Source: a virus. From it: 64,000 nt of DNA. Below the pieces are notes generated by a model. That model was given only the letters and a program-made list of their open reading frames with translations, was not told the origin of the DNA and ran no database searches. Below, piece by piece: positions 11,001-19,079 of this stretch. The translations under genes and the position numbers were made by a program. The DNA is taken from the IMG/VR virus record IMGVR_UViG_3300007735_000793, positions 33,067-97,066 of that record, one strand, 5' to 3'. Position 1 is the stretch's first letter. The number at the start of each line of letters is the position of its first letter.

Positions 11001-11283
11001 TAGACATACCACTTGCGGTTATGCTTAATATAAGTGTACCGTTGTTTACTGTCCAATTAGAACCGGTATTAAAAAATCCTACATTTAATTTTTTATCTTT
11101 TTGTAAAAATGATACGGTAGTAGAAATCCCCGCATTAACATCTTTTACTATAACCCCACCAGGAACATTAAACTTAAGGGAAACTGCGCCAATATTTACA
11201 GATGAAGTATTGCTTAATACACTAATGGTGTAGTTATCAAGTGTTGTGTTTAATGAGCCTGAATTTGTTAGTGTTACTGCCAT
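8053..11283 (-). CDS. Tail fibre/adhesin with N-terminal cohesin-like domain, VGIG repeats and YadA-like SHAEG head repeats
   Basis: N-terminal ~130-aa beta-sandwich (NIGAVSLKFNVP, LNVGFF, YNEFASGSGD); 14-aa SHAEG repeats; C-terminal TWTFNHNLN..P.ITVYD. Confidence 0.7.
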   Translation of the reverse strand: MAVTLTNSGSLNTTLDNYTISVLSNTSSVNIGAVSLKFNVPGGVIVKDVNAGISTTVSFLQKDKKLNVGFFNTGSNWTVNNGTLILSITASGMSTGSFTLDTDEDWYNEFASGSGDVFQNFDIRMPTLAANLTRVSDQLGVNSILSGINPAVNAPSSSVFGFNNTTTGTASFAEGVGTLASGFAAHAAGVNTTASGYAAFSVGIETDADGSGSFAAGSGSWARGTATVAFGIGTIASSSGQLVVGHYNEAMTDFNNIFVVGDGTGPSSANRKNIFEVYGGIGAISRGIKIDTAPSPTSTTTIDGFQVYGKTNFWGPVTQSKNIITIDGDFGGITHTSASYIAETYDSLGQLRGRTLLNYKGIDFNNSSQTTAPSSTHLWTNSSNRLFYGSNAVILNDGNNTGAVGSPLTIGTINASNLQLETNNTTRVFISSSGNVGIGTTTPTERLHVDGNLLVTGRITAEEFHTEFVSASIIYQSGSTQFGNSSDDTHIFTGSLRVNGSITGSLFGTSSWAQNALTSSFIAPTGTNAFVQGGNSFGATALLGTNDTQDLQLETSGSVRMTISSSGNVGIGTTTPSVRLHISGTSATNELVYLTGDASQGSAIRFNRGSSYSWRMGVVPNSNFTIEDVSYSTVRFQINNTSGLIGINTTSPNARLHISGANNEALLIASSSTAPSALFVSGSGRVGVGTATPQRELDVNGSVRLATIFKNGGGTNLSFLSDGSGAVTLNIGGAIIGTLYDSTPNFNEIRTSNNQNLSINARGSGSLFLQTADTTQLTITGSNVGIGTTTPKATLDVAGTVVQGQATTATGNYSHAEGVDTLTTGEASHAEGTETVASGNYSHAEGASSISSGATSHAEGSSTLSSGYSSHAEGISTIASGAYSHAEGSGTLALGIASHAEGLGTIAQGDYQLTIGQYNISLPDQSAFIIGNGIDDSNRSNLLFASGSEIQITGSLSVSGSITGSLYGTASWAENAQTATLALTASSFSGQNFATFTQSVASTTWTFNHNLNFRTPVITVYDNSYQVVVPDSIQGTSDNQSVITFSTARAGYASATVGSVLPNNALSLMIAYSIVL

Positions 11284-11284
11284 T

Positions 11285-11344
11285 TTTTTATTTTATTTCA
11301 CCCACATTTAGTATAAATATACCCATTATAAATTAACATTTGGG
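11285..11344. repeat. 60-bp perfect direct repeat, copy 1 of 3
   Basis: Identical to 13001-13060 and 19020-19079; spans dockerin-gene stop, TATTTATA motif and spacer. Confidence 0.95.
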
Positions 11345-12096
11345 ATGTAACTTCCGTCTACATCACCCAAACATAATGCCAAATATTGTAAGTTTGTGTT
11401 ATTAGCTGAAGCAGTTAGTGGTATACCCATAGATGATACTGCACCATTTAATGATGATGTAACACCATTTTGTGTCGCAGTACTATCCAAAGCAGTAGCA
11501 TTTATCCCATACCAACCTCTAAAATTTGCACCGGAACCTGAACCAAATACCCAATTACCTCTATAATTAGATACACCCGATGTTGATGATTGCAGAAATG
11601 CAGTGTCAATTAAATCGATATCAAGAAGATCTATGATATCATCACCATTTACATCTGCTGCCAATTGTCTAATACCAGTTAATACATTTCCCACAGCGGC
11701 GTGTTGAGATATACGTGACTCATCGACCATGTTTACTCCACCCCAAGGTTTACTCGTTTCAAATTGAACATAATAGTTTCCAATAGGAACTGGTCCAAAG
11801 TTAAAATCACCAGTAGTTGCGTTTGTATCAACTGATGTAAGTTGAGTACCACTTTCATCGAATAATGTCACCCTAGTATTTGTCATTGGTGTTAGGGCGG
11901 TATTATCATACCTAACAGTACCAGATTGTTGTACATATACCCTATTATCTAAACTTGATGTAAAATATGTTATTACACCACTTGCGGTGTTATACATCAA
12001 AACATGGTTTTTATAAAGGTTGGGTAAGTTACTTGCAGTTATGTTTAAAACATGCGCAGAACTACCTGATACAATAACCTTTTTCCATGATGGCAT
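11326..12096 (-). CDS. MPSWKK-type protein with Ig/CarboxypepD_reg-like + dockerin-like module (paralog 3)
   Basis: Start moved to MPSWKK ATG at 12096; WGGVN..D, AADVNGDDIIDLLD, GDVDGS. Confidence 0.75.
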   Translation of the reverse strand: MPSWKKVIVSGSSAHVLNITASNLPNLYKNHVLMYNTASGVITYFTSSLDNRVYVQQSGTVRYDNTALTPMTNTRVTLFDESGTQLTSVDTNATTGDFNFGPVPIGNYYVQFETSKPWGGVNMVDESRISQHAAVGNVLTGIRQLAADVNGDDIIDLLDIDLIDTAFLQSSTSGVSNYRGNWVFGSGSGANFRGWYGINATALDSTATQNGVTSSLNGAVSSMGIPLTASANNTNLQYLALCLGDVDGSYIPNVNL

Positions 12097-12121
12097 ATAA
12101 CACTCACTAATTTTTAAATCA

Positions 12122-12193
12122 TACAATATGGTTGGTTACACATACTAAGTGAGTAGTATATGAGCCCACTTCCTTATTCAGGCCAATATTGTA
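12122..12193 (-). ncRNA. Candidate structured 5' leader RNA
   Basis: 8-bp closing stem UACAAUAU/AUAUUGUA enclosing CCU-GAAUA-AGG and a 9-bp CAUAUACUA/UAGUAUGUG hairpin. Confidence 0.55.
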
Positions 12194-12268
12194 GTTTTTT
12201 GGTTAATTTATACTCAATATATAGTATAAATATAGAAAAAAAATAATAAATGTTTATTTCCTCAAAAG

Positions 12269-12985
12269 TTATTGAGGGGTGTAACTTCCGTTTACATCAC
12301 CCAAACATAATGCCAAATATTGTAAGTTTGTGTTATTAGCTGAAGCAGTTAGTGGTATACCCATAGATGATACCACGCCTAAACTTGGTGAAACGGCTTG
12401 AATCGATACCATTCGCCAACCTCTAAAATTTGCACCGGAGCCTGAGCCAAATACCCAATTACCTGCGGGGAATGAAAGGATTGAATTATTTATTCTATTA
12501 TTAACCGAACTATAATCGTCATTATCTATATCACCATCACCATCTACATCTGCTGCTAATTTTCTGATGTTGGTTAGTGGGTTACCATTAATATGTGCTT
12601 CTATTAGACTAGCATCATTTGTATTTACTCCACCCCAAGGTTTACTCGTTTCAAATTGAACATAATAGTTTCCAACAGGAACTTGTCCAAAGTTAAAATT
12701 ACCATTGGAATCTGTAATAACTAATCTAAATTGAGTACCATTACTTTTTAATAATTTCACAGTAGTATTTGTCATTGATGTTTGTGCAGTATTATCATAC
12801 TTAACACTACCAGATTGTTGTACATATACCCTATTATCTAAACTTGATGAAAAATATGTTATTACACCACTTGCCGTATCATACATCAATACATTATTTT
12901 TGTAAATATTGGGTAAGTTACTTGCAGTTATGTTTAGTAAGTGAGCTGCACTACCTGATAATATTACTTTTTTCCATGATGGCAT
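12269..12985 (-). CDS. MPSWKK-type protein with dockerin-like module (paralog 2)
   Basis: AADVDGDGDIDNDD Ca-binding loop, GDVNGS. Confidence 0.75.
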   Translation of the reverse strand: MPSWKKVILSGSAAHLLNITASNLPNIYKNNVLMYDTASGVITYFSSSLDNRVYVQQSGSVKYDNTAQTSMTNTTVKLLKSNGTQFRLVITDSNGNFNFGQVPVGNYYVQFETSKPWGGVNTNDASLIEAHINGNPLTNIRKLAADVDGDGDIDNDDYSSVNNRINNSILSFPAGNWVFGSGSGANFRGWRMVSIQAVSPSLGVVSSMGIPLTASANNTNLQYLALCLGDVNGSYTPQ

Positions 12986-13000
12986 ATAATAGTTATTATT

Positions 13001-13060
13001 TTTTTATTTTATTTCACCCACATTTAGTATAAATATACCCATTATAAATTAACATTTGGG
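13001..13060. repeat. 60-bp perfect direct repeat, copy 2 of 3
   Basis: Identical to 11285-11344 and 19020-19079. Confidence 0.95.
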
Positions 13061-13764
13061 GTGTAACTCCCATTTACATCACCAACTGAAAGTGCCCAAT
13101 ATTGCAAGTATATGTTATCAGCTGAAGCAGTTAGTGGTATACCAATTGAAGATACTGCCCTATATAATGAGGATGTTTGTCCATTCATAAACCAACCTCT
13201 AAAATTTGCACCGGAACCTGAACCAAACACCCAATCACCTGCGATGAATGATGAACGCAGGAGTCCGAAACGTTGGTTGGCTTGGAGTGCATCGGTAGTG
13301 GTTATAGTATTACTTGCATTTATATCTGCTGCCAATTGTCTGATACCAGTTAATAGTTGAGTGTTGCTGAAGTGTCTTGAAATAAGTAATGCATCAGTTG
13401 CGGTTACACCACCCCAAGGTTTACTCGTTTGAAATCGAACATAATAGTTTCCAACAGGAACTGGTCCAAAGTTAAAATTACCCATCGCGTTTGTAATAAC
13501 TGATCTAACTTGAGTACCACTTTCATCGAATAATTTAACAGTAGTATTTGTCATTGGTGTTAGGCCGGTATTATCATACCTAACAGTACCAGATTGTTGT
13601 ACATATACCCTATTATCTAAACTTGATGTAAAATATGTTACTGCACCACTTGCCGTATCATAGATTAAAATCGCCTGTTCAAAAGTATTAGATAAATTAC
13701 TTGCGGTGATGTTTAATACTGATAACGCACTACCTGATGATATTACTTTTTTCCATGAGGGCAT
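13042..13764 (-). CDS. MPSWKK-type protein with dockerin-like module (paralog 1)
   Basis: GVTATDALLISRH...AADINASNTITTTDAL, GDVNGS. Confidence 0.78.
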   Translation of the reverse strand: MPSWKKVISSGSALSVLNITASNLSNTFEQAILIYDTASGAVTYFTSSLDNRVYVQQSGTVRYDNTGLTPMTNTTVKLFDESGTQVRSVITNAMGNFNFGPVPVGNYYVRFQTSKPWGGVTATDALLISRHFSNTQLLTGIRQLAADINASNTITTTDALQANQRFGLLRSSFIAGDWVFGSGSGANFRGWFMNGQTSSLYRAVSSIGIPLTASADNIYLQYWALSVGDVNGSYTPNVNL

Positions 13765-13822
13765 ATAACACTTATTATATAATTACTACTTTATAAGTAT
13801 ATTTTTTTAATAATATTAGTGT

Positions 13823-14047
13823 TTATTTCTCCCCATTTAAATCAATATACTGTGATTGGAGTTTGATAATGGTATTATATACCAATTCAACATCACCTAC
13901 CTTAAAAGTTAAATCTTTTATTGATGTCAGTAAAAAGGTTATTTCTTCTACATTTAGATTACTTTCATTTAGGGTTGTAGTTTTAACCAATTCTTCCGCC
14001 GGAGTTCCAGTAGATGATTTCATTCTTATTTTATTTAATAATGACAT
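13823..14047 (-). CDS. Small hypothetical protein (possible fibre chaperone)
   Basis: 74 aa, helical, directly after a fibre gene. Confidence 0.5.
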   Translation of the reverse strand: MSLLNKIRMKSSTGTPAEELVKTTTLNESNLNVEEITFLLTSIKDLTFKVGDVELVYNTIIKLQSQYIDLNGEK

Positions 14048-14089
14048 TTTTTATAACCTTTCATTTTAAATGAGTAATTTTAGTTTTTA

Positions 14090-15865
14090 TTACCCCGCAT
14101 ACACTATATTATCTTGATTATCTGCTAAGTCTGGACTCCAAAACCAAATATCACCATTATTCTGAATATACATATTACCAAATCCAAGAAGTTGACCACC
14201 AAATTCAGGTGCAGCTGTTGGAACTAAACTTGATCTTGTTACGGAAACCAAATAATCAGTTGGGTTTAGTGTAGTTTGAGTGTGCCCTACACTATTGTTC
14301 AATCCCCATCTCGCACTAAAAGTTTGATTATTTGGGGAGGTAACCTCCACTTTTGAATTTAAGAAAAGTGCCGAACCTGTCGGTGAACCACCACTACCCG
14401 TTGTATACTGAACGATAATACCACCATCCGTATGAGTTGCAGAACCTGATATAGAGCCTGAAGCAAGTAGGATAAATCTATCTTCTACCATTACATCTGT
14501 AACATTCAATATTGTAGTATTTCCGTTTACTGTCAGGTCACCACCAACTACAACATTTCCCGTTGTGGTTATACTAGCAGCATTTACAACTCCTGCTGTT
14601 GTCGCAGTGAAGCCTGTGGATACTGCAAATGTCGTACCATTAAAAGTTAAATCATTTTCACCATTTAAAGAATTCCCATCAGTAAATGTTGCGATTCTGT
14701 TATCAGCACCATTTGTAGCATCTACTAAACTGGTGCCGAATACACGGCTATCAATGGCTCGAGTAAACACCTGCCCACTCGAACCCGTAACTAAAACTGC
14801 GAGCTCCGATGAACCTACTGGTAAATTTAATATATTTACTCTACCCGCGTTTATTGATGCAGTGTCTGCTGCAGCATTTCCTAATGTAGTATTACCTTCT
14901 ACTGATAAATCACCACCAATAGTTCCATTACCACTTGTTGTTAGTATTGCACCTATTAACCCGGCAGAAGAACTTATGTTACCCGATGCTGTCAAGTTTG
15001 TGGTTGCAATACCACTACCAGCAACTTGAAGGGTGTTTGTTGGAGTTCCTGTTCCTATACCCACATTACCACTACCACTTACAACAAACGCATTTGGAGA
15101 ACCGAGTGAAGATGCCCTTAATATAATGGTGGGGTTAGTACCAACAACAGATAAAAAAGCATCTGGAGTTGTAGTATTTATACCTACTCTACCACTACCC
15201 GATACAAATAGAAAGGCCTGGCTAGCATCTGGTGCGCCCACTTGTAATAGTGATTGATTAGTGGTGCCAACTACATGTAGTAAAGCGGTTGGTGTAGTAA
15301 CACCTATACCTACCCTACCCGATGAGTTTATTCGCATTCTTTCTTGTGCCAAAGAACCACTTTGTGCAGTACCGAATGCAAGGAAAGTATCGGGACTAGC
15401 ATCTTCAGAAACTGCTTCTATAAAAGCTCTTACTAATTGTGAATTATTAGAACCAGAGGTATCAGTATCAGATGATTCAAATGCTATTCTACCTATTGAT
15501 TGAGTTACATCAGATGTTGTATCGGTATCTCTAAAAGTTATGGTGTTTAGTGATGCGGTTGTACCACCATTTGTACTATACTGCCTACCATTATTATCAT
15601 TAGCTAATATAACTGAATTTAAATTACCAGTAAATGTTCCTGCAAAAGAACCAGTAAAAGAACCCGTTAATATTGAATTAGTACCAGTTGAATTTATATT
15701 GGCACCGCCAATTGCTAAAGTAGTTCCGTTATAAGTTAATCCACTATTTTCAATTTGACCGACATTACCCGCGATAAGTAAATTATCATTTGTTAATACT
15801 GATGATGTTATTCCGGATAAGTGGGCTTGTGAACCGGATACTATAACCTTTTTCCATGATGGCAT
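14090..15865 (-). CDS. Tail fibre-like protein with MPSWKK N-terminus
   Basis: VGIG repeats, GDLTVNGNTT...VEDRFILL shaft motifs. Confidence 0.7.
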   Translation of the reverse strand: MPSWKKVIVSGSQAHLSGITSSVLTNDNLLIAGNVGQIENSGLTYNGTTLAIGGANINSTGTNSILTGSFTGSFAGTFTGNLNSVILANDNNGRQYSTNGGTTASLNTITFRDTDTTSDVTQSIGRIAFESSDTDTSGSNNSQLVRAFIEAVSEDASPDTFLAFGTAQSGSLAQERMRINSSGRVGIGVTTPTALLHVVGTTNQSLLQVGAPDASQAFLFVSGSGRVGINTTTPDAFLSVVGTNPTIILRASSLGSPNAFVVSGSGNVGIGTGTPTNTLQVAGSGIATTNLTASGNISSSAGLIGAILTTSGNGTIGGDLSVEGNTTLGNAAADTASINAGRVNILNLPVGSSELAVLVTGSSGQVFTRAIDSRVFGTSLVDATNGADNRIATFTDGNSLNGENDLTFNGTTFAVSTGFTATTAGVVNAASITTTGNVVVGGDLTVNGNTTILNVTDVMVEDRFILLASGSISGSATHTDGGIIVQYTTGSGGSPTGSALFLNSKVEVTSPNNQTFSARWGLNNSVGHTQTTLNPTDYLVSVTRSSLVPTAAPEFGGQLLGFGNMYIQNNGDIWFWSPDLADNQDNIVYAG

Positions 15866-15990
15866 AAATGAACTCCCTTATGATTTTTGACTTTATTCTA
15901 CCTTATATAAATAGTTGTATATTTTATTTTCCCTTATAAATAAGTAGTGTTTATTTTTTTTAATGTTACTAATAATTAGTAATTATTTTT

Positions 15991-16635
15991 TTATTCATAT
16001 CCCAAATAAAAGTTACCATCCGCACTATAATACATCCCCCCAGTTACCGGAGTTGGTGGGGTATCAAACTTACCTAAAACCATAACACCCTCTGAATTGA
16101 TTTGTGCTGCAAGGAAACTACCTGATTTGATAATAAAGAAATCAGGCATTTCCGATGATATCTTTGTTTGGATTTGATTTGATTGATTATATATTACTAC
16201 ACTTGATGTGTTTATTCTTACATTTCCTAATTGAATATATTCATCTCCCCCAAAAACCTCAGCAGTTGTTACACCATTATCATCCACAAAACTCAAACTT
16301 CTGCTTACATAAACATCACTCCAAGCAGCAGTAGAGCTACCTAATGAGTGTGGGGATGTATTACCCGAAGAAACATGGGGAATTAAAGAACCTGAAAAAT
16401 TAGCAGAACCTGAAAACGAACTTCTACCAATTATCAGTAAATCACCTAAAAGATTAACCGAACCCGTTGTGGTTGTATTGGTGGTAACAGCTGCTTCAAT
16501 TGATTGACCAGCACTACCTGATTTTTTTAAGAATATTTTACCATCGGCAGTATTTACAGCTAACTCACCCAGCTCTAATGAGGATGTGGTTGGTACATTT
16601 CCACTTGTAAGATTTCTTCTAAGTAAAATTGACAT
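15991..16635 (-). CDS. Fibre protein with Mtd_N-like N-terminal anchor
   Basis: ILLRR...PTTSSLELGELAVNTADGKIF. Confidence 0.65.
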   Translation of the reverse strand: MSILLRRNLTSGNVPTTSSLELGELAVNTADGKIFLKKSGSAGQSIEAAVTTNTTTTGSVNLLGDLLIIGRSSFSGSANFSGSLIPHVSSGNTSPHSLGSSTAAWSDVYVSRSLSFVDDNGVTTAEVFGGDEYIQLGNVRINTSSVVIYNQSNQIQTKISSEMPDFFIIKSGSFLAAQINSEGVMVLGKFDTPPTPVTGGMYYSADGNFYLGYE

Positions 16636-19019
16636 TAATAAAATCCCCCATCAACATTTAATGCAAAGGATGCGGTTATAGAATACGAACTACTTATAGG
16701 TGTTCCATTTTCCCATACACCTTCATTATATATCAACGCCTGCCCATCTGTGGCGGATGTAATGGTTACATTTGTTAAATCATCCAAAGTAGTTACAGCG
16801 CTTCCACCACCACCAGCAGCACCACCACCTCTAAATAATCCAGCAGGAATTATTTTATTATCAGTAGTGTTGGTTATATCGTTTGTATTACTTTTTAGTA
16901 CTAAAAACCCTAAAAAGGTTGTAAAATCAAAAGTATCACCTTCGGAAAATGAATCGGTTGATAAATTTGCTATTGCGTTTTGATAATCAGGATATATATT
17001 CCGGCCATAATAGATATACAACACACCTGTTCTTGGGTCGGAATACACCCGTTGTATTGTCCAATCATTGTTATTGACTGAACTGGTTGTACCTGTACCT
17101 GGATCATAAAATCCAGGTTTTAGTGATGTGTAAAAAGTATCATTATTCGTATCAAACCTAATTCCAGAACCTGAACTATAAACATATGCTATACTTGCTG
17201 TTTCCTGTGCGTTTGTGTTATATTGTGAGGGGAATTGTAAATTACTGTCATAAAACCCACCGTGAATATAAGATACACCCGAACCAACAGATAATCTTAA
17301 ACTTGAAGATTGTCCCGTTAATCCATATCCCGATAATTTTAATGGACCGAAAGCATCTATAAAGTTTACTATTTGAGCGGTTTGGTTATACGCGGTCTGA
17401 ACTGCTCCACCAAAAGCAGAAATACTACTATAATTAAAATGCGCCACTGCCCCTAATGGGATATCATCGTGGAATTGCTGTGAGGTAAATCTTGTTGATT
17501 GTTGTTGCAATTCCCCATCTTCATCAATGTAGATGTATGTTACCTGCTGCGTTGCAATATTTGTTATACTTTGTGTTATAGGTCCCCAAGTTACATAATC
17601 TACAATAGGGCCTACTTCAGAATTTGCGGTTACATTGTGATTTACAATAATACCACTACCAGGAGAAACAAACACATTACTACCACTATAAGTTACTATA
17701 CCACCATAAAGTAACCCAGTTTCCAACATCCCCTCAAACCATTTCCACTTTACTACATTACCATTTTGTCTAAAATATAAATCATTCCCCAAAAGAGTAT
17801 TGGATGAACTTTGAAATAAAATGGTTGAATTGGAATCTAATCCCGATGGATCCGGGTCTTGTGTTGGCTCAAACTTTATACTACCATCAAATACACTATT
17901 ACCCTTTACTAATAGTGAGCCTGTAAATATGTGGGTATCATCGGATGAATTACCAAATTGGGTTGAACCACTTTGATAAATGATACTTGCAGACACAAAT
18001 TCGGTGTGAAACTCTTCTGCGGTTATGCGGCCTGTTACTAATAGGTTTCCATTTACATGAAGTTTTTCGGTTGGTGCTCCAGTTCCTATACCTACAAACC
18101 CAGTAGAACCCGCAATTCTCATTATTTCAGGTTGGGTAACTGCGCCTGCGTAAAATGATATATCATTTGTTCCAAATAAGCCACCAAGCTCTGATAGCAT
18201 ATAAGCTCCAGTATGTCCGAAACTTGAACTTGCTACGGATATATTATTAGTATTATATCTAATATATGGAGTAAACTGTCCTGCGATTAATCCACCTTGT
18301 GTGGAAGAGGTTACTGAAGTTACAGTTATACCTCCGTTTACTTGAAGGGTATTTGTTGGTGTTGTAGTTCCAATACCCACATTACCACTACTACTAATGG
18401 TCATTCTCACCGAACCACTTGTCTCTAATCGTAGGTTTTGATTATCATTTGTTCCGATGGTCATTTCACTACCTAAAGTGTTACCATCGTTTAATATTAA
18501 TGCGCTAGAACTATAAAACAACCGATTGGATGAGTTTGTCCATAAGTGAGTTGAACTTGGTGCAGTTGTTTGAGATGAACTATTAAATAATATTGAGTTT
18601 AAGCCTAATTGGTCTGATACTCGCGCTATGTCAGTTACCAACACCGGCATTTTAATATCAAAGTTTTCGAAAACATCGCCACTACCACTTGCGAACTCAT
18701 TATACGAATCTTCATCAGTATCTAATGTAAATGAGCCGGTGGACATACCACTTGCGGTTATACTTAATATTGTGTTATTTGTATTTACTGTCCAATTTGA
18801 AGTTGTATATAGAGCAATATATAAGTTTTTATCTTTTTGTAAAAATGATACAGTAGCAGAAATTCCTGCATTAACATCTTTTACTATAACCCCACCAGGA
18901 ACATTAAACTTAAGATTAACTGCACCAAGATTTACAGACGATGTATTACTTAATACACTAATACCATAATTATCAAGTGTTGTGTTTAATGAGCCTGAAT
19001 TTGTTAGTGTTACTGCCAT
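16635..19019 (-). CDS. Tail fibre with N-terminal cohesin-like domain
   Basis: First ~140 aa near-identical to those of 8053-11283; VGIG repeats; LDDLTNV...GQALIY..GVWEN. Confidence 0.7.
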   Translation of the reverse strand: MAVTLTNSGSLNTTLDNYGISVLSNTSSVNLGAVNLKFNVPGGVIVKDVNAGISATVSFLQKDKNLYIALYTTSNWTVNTNNTILSITASGMSTGSFTLDTDEDSYNEFASGSGDVFENFDIKMPVLVTDIARVSDQLGLNSILFNSSSQTTAPSSTHLWTNSSNRLFYSSSALILNDGNTLGSEMTIGTNDNQNLRLETSGSVRMTISSSGNVGIGTTTPTNTLQVNGGITVTSVTSSTQGGLIAGQFTPYIRYNTNNISVASSSFGHTGAYMLSELGGLFGTNDISFYAGAVTQPEIMRIAGSTGFVGIGTGAPTEKLHVNGNLLVTGRITAEEFHTEFVSASIIYQSGSTQFGNSSDDTHIFTGSLLVKGNSVFDGSIKFEPTQDPDPSGLDSNSTILFQSSSNTLLGNDLYFRQNGNVVKWKWFEGMLETGLLYGGIVTYSGSNVFVSPGSGIIVNHNVTANSEVGPIVDYVTWGPITQSITNIATQQVTYIYIDEDGELQQQSTRFTSQQFHDDIPLGAVAHFNYSSISAFGGAVQTAYNQTAQIVNFIDAFGPLKLSGYGLTGQSSSLRLSVGSGVSYIHGGFYDSNLQFPSQYNTNAQETASIAYVYSSGSGIRFDTNNDTFYTSLKPGFYDPGTGTTSSVNNNDWTIQRVYSDPRTGVLYIYYGRNIYPDYQNAIANLSTDSFSEGDTFDFTTFLGFLVLKSNTNDITNTTDNKIIPAGLFRGGGAAGGGGSAVTTLDDLTNVTITSATDGQALIYNEGVWENGTPISSSYSITASFALNVDGGFY

Positions 19020-19079
19020 TTTTTATTTTATTTCACCCACATTTAGTATAAATATACCCATTATAAATTAACATTTGGG
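19020..19079. repeat. 60-bp perfect direct repeat, copy 3 of 3
   Basis: Identical to 11285-11344 and 13001-13060. Confidence 0.95.

Noticed and set aside
11284-11325. Readthrough fusing dockerin and cohesin genes
   Set aside because: In-frame spacer holds two more TAA stops; the equivalent spacer at 19020-19060 is out of frame
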